Position numbers and translations under genes: made by a program. This document shows, piece after piece, positions 24,442-36,600 of a DNA stretch of 64,000 nucleotides. Below the pieces are notes generated by a model that searched no databases, had not been told where the DNA came from, and saw nothing but the letters and a program-made list of their open reading frames with translations. The stretch covers positions 1,550,001 to 1,614,000 of the forward strand of contig OZ116707.1 in assembly GCA_964199315.1 (NCBI GenBank), written 5' to 3'. Origin of the DNA: Orbicella franksi. Its lineage: Eukaryota. Position 1 is the first letter of the stretch. Each line of letters starts with the position of its first letter.

Positions 24442-25330
24442 GATGACCGCTCATGCTGCAATTGAGGTGGTAATTGCCTCGCAGTGCATACAACCTTCGA
24501 GCAATTTGTCCACCATTGTGTTTCTTTTCTTTGAAGAGGTCTGGTTCTAGAGATGCATATAAGCTGTCGTATAAGCCTACTGAAAAGACCCTCTTTACAG
24601 TTAAATACGGAAAGTTCATGACCATTACCGAGCGGTGTTCACATGAGTCTTGCCAGATGTCACACTGCGAAGTAATGTTCCAGATGCCAGATCAAATGAT
24701 CACAGCTTGATAATCTTCAACAGACAAATGATTTCAGTCTGTTCCCAATATAGAACAGGTTTTATCAAGTTGCCTTCGAGTCTCGCAGTTTGTCTGAAGA
24801 AATTTTTTGAATACATGCTGGAAGATATGACGAAAGGGTAGATTTCACTATTCTTCAGGCGGTTTTTTCTTAACGAGGAGAAGCATTGTGCGACCAACCA
24901 CATTATGGCTGCGAAGGACACAACTTTTGCCTGGGTTTTATTTTACGAGAGCTTATTGTTCTTTTCAGCTTTTAGCGTCGCTTTCAAGGAAAACGAGGCC
25001 AAGAAGTCTAGTCTTTGTAAACAGAAATTCATAAATTCGGGCTAAATAAAAACATTCAAATTAAGGTTTTTATGGTGTGAATGTGTTATCTTACATAAAA
25101 TTTTAACTGCGAAATGCTTGGAGAATTGTCTTTTTGCTTTACCAAAACACTTAAACACATGAACTATAGCGCTATATAAATAAAGTACCTATTAATATTA
25201 TTATTATGACCGAGTCTTTGCACCTCGTAACCATGGCCAGTTTGCCGCGGGTATGTGGCATCGGACGTGTTTTCACTACGCCGGTTGTCTCGCTTAACAT
25301 TCCTGAAGGTGTTTTGGTTGTTTTCATGAG

Positions 25331-25440
25331 AGATAAATACTAAAACATGCAATCACCTAAAGCCACCTACAATGACCTACAACGACCTAAAACCACCTAA
25401 AACCGTCTACAAGCACCTTCAATCCACTTAAAATGTTGTT
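25331..25440. repeat. Degenerate ~10-bp minisatellite (AACCACCTAA/AATGACCTAC)
   Basis: aatcacctaa-agccacctac-aatgacctac-aacgacctaa-aaccacctaa-aaccgtctac-aagcaccttc. Confidence 0.7.
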
Positions 25441-27049
25441 TTGTGCCTCTGATCGCCTGCGTGCATACCGGAAATGGGTGTCTCTGGGGGGAGCGGTCCG
25501 GTTTAGTCCCAAAGAACTGCAAATCGATAATAACATTACCAGAATATAGTTGCTGTGCTTTGAAGCAATATCCCATAGAAGGAAGGTTGCATGGGTTCTA
25601 GAAAGGCCTCAATTCTGGTTCAACCAAATGGTTTCAAACAGTACGCAAATAATATTTGAAGAGAACATTTCTGTTCCCCGAATCAAACGTTCCAGCTTGT
25701 TTGCAATTTGGTTAAACCACTTCTAAGTAAGTTTTTTCCGTTTGCCATTTGTTTAACCAACGCGTAACACTTAAATGTTATGTCCGTGCCTTTGTACATT
25801 CTTTCTAAGTGTTAGTTTACAGACCAACATTTGCTAGTCAAGCATGACATCTGCTTTCACTGGAAAGTTAACCCAGAAGAGTGTGCAAGTTGCAAAAAAG
25901 GCTGAGATAGGAAGTGCTTTTCTACCTATATTTATGCGAAGGAGAAGGTATTTCTTCCAGAGGATTTGGTTAATGTGCCCCAAAATGAAGAAGATTCAAC
26001 GAAATGTTGTAATGCAAGAACTCGCTCTGCATGTCGATGCCGTGTCATAGGTAGGGTCCTGGCCAAGGAGCTGGAGAATCTAACGGGACCATTGGAATGG
26101 TGAACTGAAATAAATGAGAAGGAGTACTGAACTCATCTGCCGTTTTAAAAGTTCAGTTTCGCAAACTGAACCGTGATACAAGCGTCTGGTAAATACTATT
26201 GCTGGATTCTTTGACAGCCATCTGCCACTACGCTCAGTGTGATTGGCTGCAGCATTTAGCAGGACAAGTTATACCATCTCGCCAGGTAGTTTAACTTGGC
26301 ATGAATTTCCGGTTATATTGACAAGTAAATTGCTTGTTTTTTCTGGAAAAAACAGCGTGTATTTTTAACTCGCGAAACTCTAAACGAACTGTTTTGTCTG
26401 CATTTCCGGACTTTTCCGACTTTATCTAGCCAAAATTGTCCTAGTGAAAACACAATCAGGGTGGGTCAGAGAGTTGATGCTGTTGAAGAAATCCAAACCA
26501 CTCACCGTTTTTTCGCATACTGTTTCCCAGTTAGTCCGGCTCCCTGCCTGATTATAAATCAAACGCCTGCTAGGCTAGGTTGACGCATTTCCACACTATT
26601 ACTGAGGAAGAACTAGGAATAAATATTTATTTTTATAAAAAGAAGCTTTACTTCAGGGAAAATTGCCAACTTTACTAACTTTGGCTAGAAAAAGTCAGAA
26701 TTTCTGAAATGAACTAAATAAACAACAAGGAGTTCTGTGGATTGCATGTAAATCCTCAAACATGTCCACATCTGCTCAGCGACTCAACGGTACAAAAATG
26801 TACCTACGTAGTTCAGGTTATCTATTTCAGTGCAGTTCCACTCAAAATTGCATCTGATAAAAACTGGATTAGAAACCACCATATTTCTCAGGAAAAATAA
26901 AAGAGGCCATGAAAAATTAGGTATATGTAAGAAAGGGTTACGCAACCATGTGTGGCCAATAACATCAACTAAACTATTTGTAACAATTATCAACAACAAA
27001 ACCTACACTATTTCTTAACTATGTCTGCAACTAAAATGTTACAGTTATG

Positions 27050-27810
27050 TTACGGTGAATGGTTTACGTTCCAACAAATGTCTAAACAAGGCTTACTGCT
27101 TTTCATTCTGTTCACACATGCTTGTGTAACGCTTGTCTTGCACACACAAATATATGTCAAGTTCCTTAAGCATCCAGTGACAAACATAAACGTGTTGTCA
27201 TCAATAAATGCATAGGGGAAGATTAAGCCGGTGAGTTGGCTGTTGTTCCTGACAATCTGTGCGATCTCCTCCTGGTCAGAAAAGTAACCCTCTTGACAAT
27301 CCAGTGTTGTCAGGGACGGGCAGCCTTTTACAATTACCAGTACGGCTCTCTTGCTGAATCCACAGACACCTTCAGGGGGGAAAGCAATATACCTAAGTTT
27401 CCTAAGGCCCGTTATGTAAGGTACACACATCTCGCTGATTCGAGTTCCGGTCAAGTGAAGTTCTAAAGCTCGCCGCTAGCTTGTAGGATGCTTGATAAAA
27501 TTTTGTCCGTGACCCTGGTCCCTGTCAAAGTGAGGTGTCTCAGCCTGCTCAGTCCTGCTAGCAATATTCAGGACCCATTCAATGAAAGACTATTAAAGAA
27601 GTCGACTGTGATGAGCCTTTTTGAAGCGGTGAACAAAGATGTGAGTTGATGATCCACGCAGTACGACTTGGTTACAGAGATATTTCTTAGCAAAGAGTGA
27701 TCGTAGAGGAGAGAACTCCACCTCCAGGACACTGTGCGCAAAATTATTCACTCTGCAAAATGGATGAAGGAAAATATTCTTAGCAGAATTTCATCAGGAA
27801 GTTTATCCAT
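27050..27810 (-). pseudogene. Intronless F-box/LRR protein pseudogene
   Basis: MDKLPDEILLRIFSFIHFAE*IILRTVSWRWSSLLYDHSLLRNI (F-box), then LRRs (LRHLTLTGTRVTD, LRKLRYIAF, CPSLTTLDC). TGA at 27748-27750 and 27568-27570, frameshift near 27460. Confidence 0.85.
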
Positions 27811-28394
27811 GACTCCGCTCTGGTATCCAATCGTATGAAAGGCAGATGACCAAGGCAAAAGAATGGATATTATAATAGGGTCCTAGCATTTTTAAAAAAG
27901 GTGCAAAATTATTCCAGGAATTACCGGTATCCAGTCCTACGCCCAGAACATGGTGATGTCTTTGTCCAAAGTTAAGAATCATTAACAGAAATAGAAATAC
28001 TGTTATTCCCAGGTGAAGTCTATTTTGCTTATTGACTTGATTAGCAACCATATCCATTAAGTACCCCTTTTTCCTGCACCAAGGGTTAGAGTTGACTGTA
28101 GAATGTGGAACAACCGATTCGATGCTTCAAGACAAACCTCAGGAAAAAGAACCTAACTGAGGTCAACGGTAGCCTGTGGATTTTGAAATGTTTGAATCTA
28201 CGAGAAATAAAAATGTGTTCGCACATGACCAAAACAAAGCTCGTAGCCTGAGTATCAAGCTTTCCTATTGGGGGGTGGTGGGGAGGAAGGAGACGGGAGC
28301 TCCGATCCCCCTTTCCTATCCAAAGGAGATATCAGCCCGGCTCACCTCTATGGGACGACGGAGGCTTATGGTAGTTTGCGAAACGAAACGAAAT

Positions 28395-28504
28395 GAAATG
28401 GTTCTTTGCGAAATGGTACTTTGCGAAACGGTACTTTGCGAATTGGTACTTTGCAAAATAGTACTTTGCGAAAGGGTACTTTGCGAAATGGTACTTTGCA
28501 AAAC
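28395..28504. repeat. 15-bp tandem repeat (GAAATGGTACTTTGC), about 7 copies
   Basis: Read directly; it produces the spurious (E/K)xVLC and QST ORFs. Confidence 0.85.
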
Positions 28505-28736
28505 ATAGGCCGTGAAAGAGAGACGATGAGAGATGATGTGGTGTAGAGACTGTTACGAGTTCACATAGGAAACAAACACTTCACATGGCTTCACAATATT
28601 TTCGCCATAGTTTTCCGCTACTGGCTATCGGCTTTACTTCGCTATGCTTAAATTAAAATTTGGATCCGAGTTCAGTGTGAAGTCTGCATTTAATTTTAAT
28701 GAGCTAGGCAGAAAGGCAAAACGGGTATAAGTCTGG

Positions 28737-29190
28737 TTTGCATGACGGATAAATGTGATGCCTGACAGGAAATGAAGAGTCATTTCTAATTTAAGCATGA
28801 AGTTATCCTTCCGCAGATCTCTACATAGAATATAACAGTCAGTGCGGCATTTTAGCTGGGAAATTTGTGTTTTTTGTTGGCTTTAAGAGTGCGATTGGGG
28901 TTTGGAACAGGAGAGACCTTTGAAAGACCTTTCAAGCAAGCACACTCACCAAAAGTTGCGTTACCTTGTAGTGTGATATACGATAAACAATATAGTATAT
29001 ACGATACAAGCTCAAACGCCAGTGGTGGATCCAGACCTTCAGCCAAGGAGGGGACCTGCTGGACTATGAATGTTGAATACTGCGAAGATAATTCCAGCAC
29101 TTCAAAGAAAATGTGCTATTCATGCTTCATGCTTAAAATAGAAATGACTCTTCATTTCCTGTCTCACATCACATTTATTCGTCATGCAAA
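28737..29190. mobile_element. MITE with ~65-bp inverted termini
   Basis: TTTGCATGACGGATAAATGTGATG...TAAGCATGAAG is mirrored by CTTCATGCTTA...CATCACATTTATTCGTCATGCAAA. Confidence 0.7.
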
Positions 29191-29394
29191 AAAAATGGTC
29201 ATTTGCGAAACGATACCTTGATAAATGTTCATAAAGCGCGTAACTAATATTATTAATCATTTAATAATTTATTATTGTAATAATTACTTATTTTTAATTT
29301 GCAATTGCTATTATTAGCATTAATTAAAATTAAAGCAAATCAAACAAGACAGTAACAGTAACAGAAACGGTAACAGTAACAATAACAATAACTG

Positions 29395-30175
29395 GACCAT
29401 ATAAGGTCAGCCCACTTATAATTAGTTTACATCAGTTCTTTGCCTCATTAGCATAAGGTGACTGAAGAGACTTATCCCTGTTTTAAATGCTTTATTCATG
29501 TGAAAAGTCGATTTGAGAAAAAATCCGGTACTTCCCATTGAGAAATTTCTGTCTCTTGTACTATCCAGGAATGCGATTGCTGGTTTTCAGTGTCACGCAA
29601 TTCAAAATAGATCAAAATAAAAATCGAAACCGGTCAATAGATAAAGTCCAGAATCTGGGAAATGAAAGAGGGTAAATATGCAAAGACTCTCGCCAAAATT
29701 TCTGGTCACAGCAATTTTTCTTATGCAAGATATGCGGAGAAATTTTTTTACCCAAATTTTTTGAGACTTGTATGGAGACGCCATGCCGGTGCCCATCTGT
29801 ATGGGCACCAACATAGCGGCCGGAAACCAACAGAAACACCTGTCACCGAGTTTTACTACAAAAGCATGAATTTATCTCTCGAGGAACTCTAAAACATTAA
29901 AATATTACTTTTTTTAAGACATAAACTGTTCAGATAGCCAAGTTCTCCAAAATAAGTCCCTTTTTAACCATCATGGCATCTAGGCCGTCATGTAAATGCC
30001 GCGTCACACAAAAGCTTAGAAATTCAAGCGTAGTGTATCACAAAACCCATTCAGAGCAAAAATTTGCATGAATATTAGTTTTCAGATGCACTTATACATC
30101 ATTTAAGTAACATCTCAGGAAGATCAATAGTTTTGTAGTTTGAATTTTGGTGACGTCATGTGAAAACCAGCTATT
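29395..30175 (+). repeat. Truncated copy of the composite MITE at 32168-33232 (direct repeat, ~2.83 kb offset)
   Basis: Near-identical to 32250-33004; ends right after the inner MITE terminus GTGAAAACCAGCTATT. Confidence 0.85.
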
Positions 30176-30545
30176 GATTTCTAAAAACAGGATCACCGAA
30201 ACTTATTAATTAACATCATTGACGTTTTGAAATGTCAACAGCGTCTAACAACATTAACACGATTAACTATTTCCAGATTTACATTTCAATATTTTTACGT
30301 GTTGTTCACCAAGACAAAGTTTTACCCGAAACTTAAAAAAAAAATCAAATAAACAAATAAATTGAGATTCCATGACCTTTCAGTAAAGTAGTGGAGGCCC
30401 CTTGATGGAATTGAAAACACAACAACGAATACATGACTTATTCCAAAGCGCTCTGACTTTTCTTGATTTCCTGTATTTCTACAGAACCATTCTCCATCCT
30501 TAAACCTCTGTGTGGGCCTAAAAATTAAGCATATAATAAACCACC

Positions 30546-31804
30546 CTAATTTGATGCAGAACAGCCAGAGCCAGAGTATTGGGTGTCATCGTCACTTTCT
30601 TCACCTTCACCTCCACCTCTCAGACAAAGATAAAATCCACGATAATTGGGTAGTACATGCTGGGATGCAATTTTCTTGAGATCCTTTAATTTGCCTGGCT
30701 TGAGGGGAATCTGGCTGTGGTAAAGCTGTGCCGGTGGACTTGCAATGATGTTATTTTCGCTGCTTTCCCTTTTAATAAGGCGTACTTTGATCCAGGGCTC
30801 CTCTGATGAAAAGGATGTCCTCATCCACACTTCATAGGGATGATGGACCATAATTTTTCTTCCATCACGATCCATCTCTGCTCTCCAACCAAAATTGAGC
30901 CAGTGGATTTCTCTCAAAAGGACGCGGTTGCCGTCACGATCTTTGTTCTGTAGAGCATATCTCTGTGCCACAGCGCCCTTGAAATTGAGGAAGTCTTCCT
31001 GTTGCATTTCCACTACCTGAAACGGCTTCTTCAGGCTTGCTTCTCCAACAACTTGGTACCATTGGGATGGAATATAGACTTAAGCACTCTGTTTCCTTTT
31101 TTCAATAATGCCAAAGTCACGGTCATTCTCGAGGTAGGTGTGGCCTCTCTCCAAGCAGATGTGGTCAATTGATTGATAAACATTGGCCAGATGAAGGTCG
31201 CTTAACATTCCAAGAATTGTGAGGTTCTTATTTTGGCCTCCGCAGCTATCAATAACTCACGAGGGAACGCGCGCCTATGCAAAAACGGTTGAAGAAGGTG
31301 TTAAGGCAGGAGGAGATTTCAGATGCTCCACATTTAGCCGGTGCAGGCAGGTACCCTCAGCTCTGGCCCTCTTCCTCACATTCCTCTGCCACCTCTTGGG
31401 ATTTTTTTCCTTTTCCGGCTTCCCTTTAGCCCAGGGTCAGACACCAAATCATAGCTGTGGTTGGAACTTGATGTGCTTACACCACGGTTTTCACAAAACT
31501 CACGACTGTTGCTACCCTCTGGGAAAAATATTTCCTCCCTGGTGTACCCTGAAAAATCATCCTCTTCATCATCACTCAAACTCGCACTTACTTCTACATA
31601 AGGCCTTCGGAAAAGAAGTTGACGCCTTGCATGTCGGCAGTCTAGACGAGTGAAGCCTTGAAAATCTTCCAGAGAAGAGCTAGAGCTCTGAAACTCAAAT
31701 TCTTTGTCAGGGTCCACAAAACAGTAAGGATCGTGGGGTTGTGGTGTTTCATTTAAAGCAACGAGTTGTTCATCAGTGGTGTTCTCACTAGAATTCGTAG
31801 CCAT
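30546..31804 (-). pseudogene. Internally deleted Sola-like transposase
   Basis: Acidic N-terminus (31376-31804) joined to [24 protein letters not shown] and C-terminal PLKPGKLKDLKKI...YRGFYLCL; stop at 31080-31082; the middle of the protein is missing. Confidence 0.72.
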
Positions 31805-32167
31805 AAGTCAGTCTCGTGTTGTGAATTGTGCGAGGCAAGTCTTAATGGATGAAATCAGTAGAATCACTGGTGACACTGATTGTTCGCTTCAATTTAAAAT
31901 GTAAGGAGGGAGGGTTGAGTGATATGGGTGGAAAGGGGGCAAGGTTAGGATACTTTTGTGCGGTCAAAACCTTTATTCAAAGGGTTAATAGCCACCTACT
32001 TGGTACAAATTGCAAAGCACCTGTTTTGTGTACTCTTGCTGGGCAAGTTTTTTTTCACTAACTCCATTGAAAAGGGAAACACCTTACAAAATAGTTCTCA
32101 ATCTGTTCTCCCATCTTCACTACCCACGGTAGGGGTTTCACCTTGAACAACCTTGCATACGTGTATA

Positions 32168-33232
32168 CAGTTGAACCTCTCGTAAGCGACCACCCAAAAG
32201 GTCAAGTCTGAGTGGTCGTTTAGGGGAGTTGATCGCTTATGAGAGCATAGACCATATTAGGTCAGAATTTTGCCTCATTAGCATAAGGTGACTGTAGAGA
32301 CTTATCCCTGTTTTAAATGCTTTATTCATGTGAAAAGTCGATTTGAGAAAAAATCCGGTACTTCCCATTGAGAAATTTCCGTCTCTTGTACTATCCAGGA
32401 ATGCGATTGCTGGTTTTCAGTGTCACAGAATTTGAAATAGATCAAAATAAAAATCGAAACCGGTCAATAGATAAAGTCCAGAATCTGGGAAATGAAAGAG
32501 GGTAAATATGCAAAGACTCTCGCCAAAATTTCTGGTCACAGCAATTTTTCTTATGCAAGATATGCGGAGAAATTTTTTTACCCAAATTTTTTGAGACTTG
32601 TATGGAGACGCCATGCTGGTGCCCATCTGTATGGGTACCAACATAGCAGCCGGAAACCAACAGAAACATCTCTCACTGAGTTTTGCTACAAAAGCATGAA
32701 TTAATCTCTTGAGGAACTCTAAAACATTAAAATATTACTTTTTCTAAGACATAAACTGTTCAGATGGCCAAGTTCCCTGAAATAAGTCACTTTTTTAACC
32801 ATCATGGCATCTAGGCCGTCATGTAAATGCCGCGTCACACAAAAGCTTAGAAATTCAAGCGTAGTGTATCACAACCCATTCAGAGCGAAAATTTGCATGA
32901 ATATGAGTTTTCAGCTGCTCTTATGCATCATTTAAGTAAATTCTCAGGAAGATCAATAGTTTTGTAGTTCGAATTTTGGTGACGTCATGTGAAAACCAGC
33001 TATTCGGTTACAACACCTTAGCCAGTTTTCGTTCAATTATCTCTCCACTGGTCGCTTACAGGAGGTTAAAAACAAAAGAAAATTTCAAATTTCTGGCTCT
33101 AAAAGTGGTCGCGGTCGCTTATGAGAGATGATCGCTTACAAGGTTTCAAATATAGTGATTTGACTTGGAAAATTTTGGTATTTTTGAAAACTGGTTGCTG
33201 AGGAGAGGTGGTCGCAACCGGAGGTTTGACTG
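32168..33232. mobile_element. Tc1/mariner-pogo-type MITE (TA TSD) carrying a nested MITE (~32409-33000)
   Basis: TA|CAGTTGAACCTC ... GAGGTTTGACTG|TA; inner TIR GCTGGTTTTCA...TGAAAACCAGC. Confidence 0.8.
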
Positions 33233-33559
33233 TATTTTCATCTAATTGGGCGACTAGACAAATTATTATGTACAATACCACACCCGAAGCCTGGGCCAAA
33301 GTTTACAAACTGGTCACGCTCTTTCTACATGTCTATCAAGATTTTGCTCATTCCGCTTTCTATATATATGTAGTTAAAGTTATTCCGGGATGCCCTCCTT
33401 TGCAAGAAATTCGTTTCAAAACGACTTTATTAGGCTGAATAAAATCTTATTTAATGAGACAATCTTCTTGGACAATGGGTGGTCATAAGACATCCATTGC
33501 TAAGACGTTTTCCTGCGGGCGCATATATATGATGCCACATGCTAATTCGCAAGGGAGAA

Positions 33560-34520
33560 ATGGCTGAATCAAACAACAAACCGGTCTGTAGGCAACTCCT
33601 GACATGTGTGAGGCCAGAGAGCAACTCTAGCTCAGAGGAGGAAGAGATCCCTCAATTTCATAAAGGCATTCTAAAGCAAATCAAAAAGATTGAACAAATG
33701 CTGAAGAAATGTGAAGAAAAAGAACAAGTTGGGGAAAAGGAAGATTCCAATCAGATCAGTGGTAACGGGGAAGAGGATTAATTCGATTACAAGAAATGGG
33801 TTGAGGAACAATGTAAAAAAATTAAAGAAATAGAAGAAGGAGAGTTCGACGAGAAGACAATGGAAGCAATGGTAGAAGAAAGTGATTTAAGTCTAGTGTC
33901 ATTGGCATGGCCTGCCATTGAACTTAAGCGGTTTAAATGCAAGGTAAGTGCACAACTTAGGCAAGGGCCTGTGCGCACTAGGCCAACAAAATTTGTTTGT
34001 CTCTACCAAAATTGCGACAAAAATTGTCTCAGTCAAATTTTCAATTTGGTAACCGTGGGCGCACTCGAAAACAGTAAAATATTTGTTGACCACAAAGTGT
34101 CAATCACATGGCGAAATCAGAGGTAAAAGAGAGATCAAAGCAAGATAAATCATGGTGCGTTAATTTGAAAAATCTCTCAGTTTTTATGCCTGCCAAAAAT
34201 TTATCATGCTCCGAAGCAGGACTCTGGTGCCTTTTACATTTGAGAAGTTGGTAAGAGAATCACCTTGCGAACTTATTTCGCAGAACTGAAAACACAATTT
34301 TGCCTAATGTGCGCACAGGGCCCCAAGTCGTAATACAATGTAACAATTGTCGTGGGTTTGTGGAGGTCATGAAGGTTAAGATTCTCTCTCTTTTGACTGT
34401 TAGCTTCCTGATGCCGAGGACACTGACCAGGAAAACTTGGACATGAAGCTCAGCGAATATGCCCTCGAAAACTTGAGGAAGTGCCCCTGGCTTGAGTTCC
34501 CAGAATTGTTAAATGAATGA
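33560..34520 (+). pseudogene. Orphan two-exon acidic protein gene with one in-frame stop
   Basis: Exon 33560-33943 (MAESNNKPVC...RFKCK, then GTAAGT), in-frame TAA 33779-33781; exon 34404-34520 after a pyrimidine tract and TAG (LPDAEDTDQ...ELLNE*); phases match; TATA-like CATATATAT at ~33522. Confidence 0.55.
33965..34323. mobile_element. Harbinger-type MITE in the intron of the orphan gene
   Basis: GGGCCTGTGCGCACTAGGC ... GCCTAATGTGCGCACAGGGCCC with 3-bp CAA duplication. Confidence 0.7.
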
Positions 34521-36600
34521 CTTTTGTTAATTAAAGCTTTGTTTAAAATGAGTAATTTGATTTCCTGATGATTCTTATTTTCTCAGTTATTTTACATACT
34601 GTACAAAAAACGCAGATGTACACCGACTATACAGCGTGCATGTATTGATTAAACTTTAACTACAAGACATTGAACCCATGTTTCCTGATGGAATATGCTC
34701 TGCATATTATTTTAAAATAACATTAAAATTTTAAATTTATTCAACAGTGAAAATATTTACCCGAGGTTTCCCAATGGGTAATTGGCTTGGTCTGGGATCA
34801 GCTTGGGTTTCCGGTCAGGTCATATTTTCTGGTTGCACTGTAGATACCCAAGGTCAGCCTTGGACCTGGCAGTGTTTATCAAGAAATTTAATTCATCGTG
34901 GAAATCGCGAGCTGCAAAACGTGTGGTTTGCAAGCAGTCGTTCTTTAGCGATCAAAATCTTCATTTTAAGAAAAATGCATAGAAGGCATCTGCTCTTCCA
35001 ATTAAATAGTAGGGATATTTAGTGCATGCTTTGATAACTCTCTTGCTCCGAGTTCACAGGAATAAATAGCCGTTGTATAATGCCGCATCTTGTTTAATTT
35101 GGCATCTTCTGGTCTAAAGTTGGTGTGAAAAAGAAAATGAATTACAAAACTATGCACTGCTGAAAGTAATCAAGTAATCACAGTTAACCACGAAAGTTGG
35201 TCATACTTGTTGCCGTGTCTCTCAAATATCTGATTCCTGCCGCGTTATTTGGCGTAATTTCAGTGCAACATCACAAAAATGTGCCCAGCATGAGCTGCGG
35301 CTTCCTGTTTTTACCATATCCTTTGAACCGGTTGGCTAAAGCACTGTTATGGTTAGATAAACCATAGATACACAGTTTTTTTCCCCAGATGTGCCAGTTG
35401 AGGTAAATAATGTTCAGTGCTGTCTTGATTGCATAATGACATGTCTGCAAACTCAAATTTGTTGTCCATTGTTTATGAATACTAGTTTGTGCACTTTTAT
35501 CCAGACCATAATGATAATTGAAGTGAAATATATTAGTTGTAAAAAACATTCTAACACCTAAAACCTTTCTTAAGGAGGAACATTTTCTTGTTTCACTGGT
35601 TTTTCATCTTATGGGAAACAACTTTGGACAATGATGACTAAACATGGATCCTCCTTCCTTACAGGCTAGAAAGGTTTACGTAAAAACAAAGCCAAAGAGG
35701 AATAAAATTGGATCACGATAGGCCCTTGTCAGCCGATCGGAAAATGGGGGAAGAAAAAAAATTGTGCTTGCGTATAAGAAGGAGCAGGACATATTTCCAA
35801 TGGCTCACACTTTCTGATCAACGTGGAATACGTCTGGTTATAACCCTACCACTGGCCATAACAGTATCTATTGAGCAAGTAAACATATCAAATGGTAATA
35901 ATTAAATGTCTGCGAGTAAATATAAGCGTTATAACTTTAGATTTCACTACTAGGAGTCCACGTGACACAGGAAACGCGGGTTCTTTCACGCTTCAGTTGT
36001 TTAGTTCTATATTACAGACACTAGTTAGCTATTTATTTCTCCTGTTTTCATTGATTTCATTCAAAGTTTTCTATTTCTATGGGTAAAACATCTTCATGAG
36101 CACGACAATAGCTTTCTCTTTTATTTTCCAAGACAGTACACATTCTTTAAGTGAAGGAATAGTGCTAAAATTGCATGAAACAAGAAAATGCTATTTTACC
36201 GAAAATTGACTTGGAGTCACTTAGGGCTTTTTTGCACACACCCCTTCAATTGCATGCTTGAAGTATAAACACACGTGGTTGAGCACGGTCACTGACTCAA
36301 CTGACAAGGTAATTACTATTTAATTTATTTCTGGATACTGCCATATTCATAAATGGATTGGGAGAATGAATAGAAAGAAGGTAACTAGTGTTATTTTTTG
36401 GCATTTTTGTGCATTGACAGTGCAAACTATCTGTAGAAAAACACAAAGCAATGCTATGAATAGCAACACGTTGAAAACCGCAACAGGCACAAGGTTGATT
36501 CTTACTCTATTTTACGCCAACAAGAAATTTCTAGAATAACAATATTCTTTATAAATATCTAGTCCGGTATTAAGGTCAAAAATTCTGCAAAAGATCGTTT

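Larger units (their letters stand above)
16523..25000 (-). mobile_element. Full-length CR1/L2-group LINE, interrupted by two DNA transposons; 5' boundary approximate
   Basis: Single ORF 22778 to ~16690: 2A-like LLLLSGDIETCPGP, PHD-like Cys finger, APE (HQNIRGL, SETHL, YRPP, GDIN, PTR, TLID), RT (NYRPISIL, DLSKAFD, GVPQGSILGP, YADDT, YKYLGVHLD). 3' stem-loop CAGTAC-ATA-GTACTG 16571-16585 and (AAT)n tail 16523-16545. Confidence 0.88.

Noticed and set aside
27803-28057. Secreted or membrane peptide ORF upstream of the F-box
   Set aside because: Hydrophobic stretch only, with no recognisable family or splice support
28316-28508. Repetitive proteins (QSTIS / EMVLC ORFs)
   Set aside because: Translation of a 15-bp tandem repeat
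29602-32704. Duplicated MLVPIQMGT / MKEGKYAK / MFLLVSG ORFs as a gene pair
   Set aside because: Chance ORFs on both strands of the repeated inner MITE
34747-35100. Coding relic (KRVIKACTKYPYY… on the minus strand)
   Set aside because: Looks protein-like but has many stops and no motif I can assign
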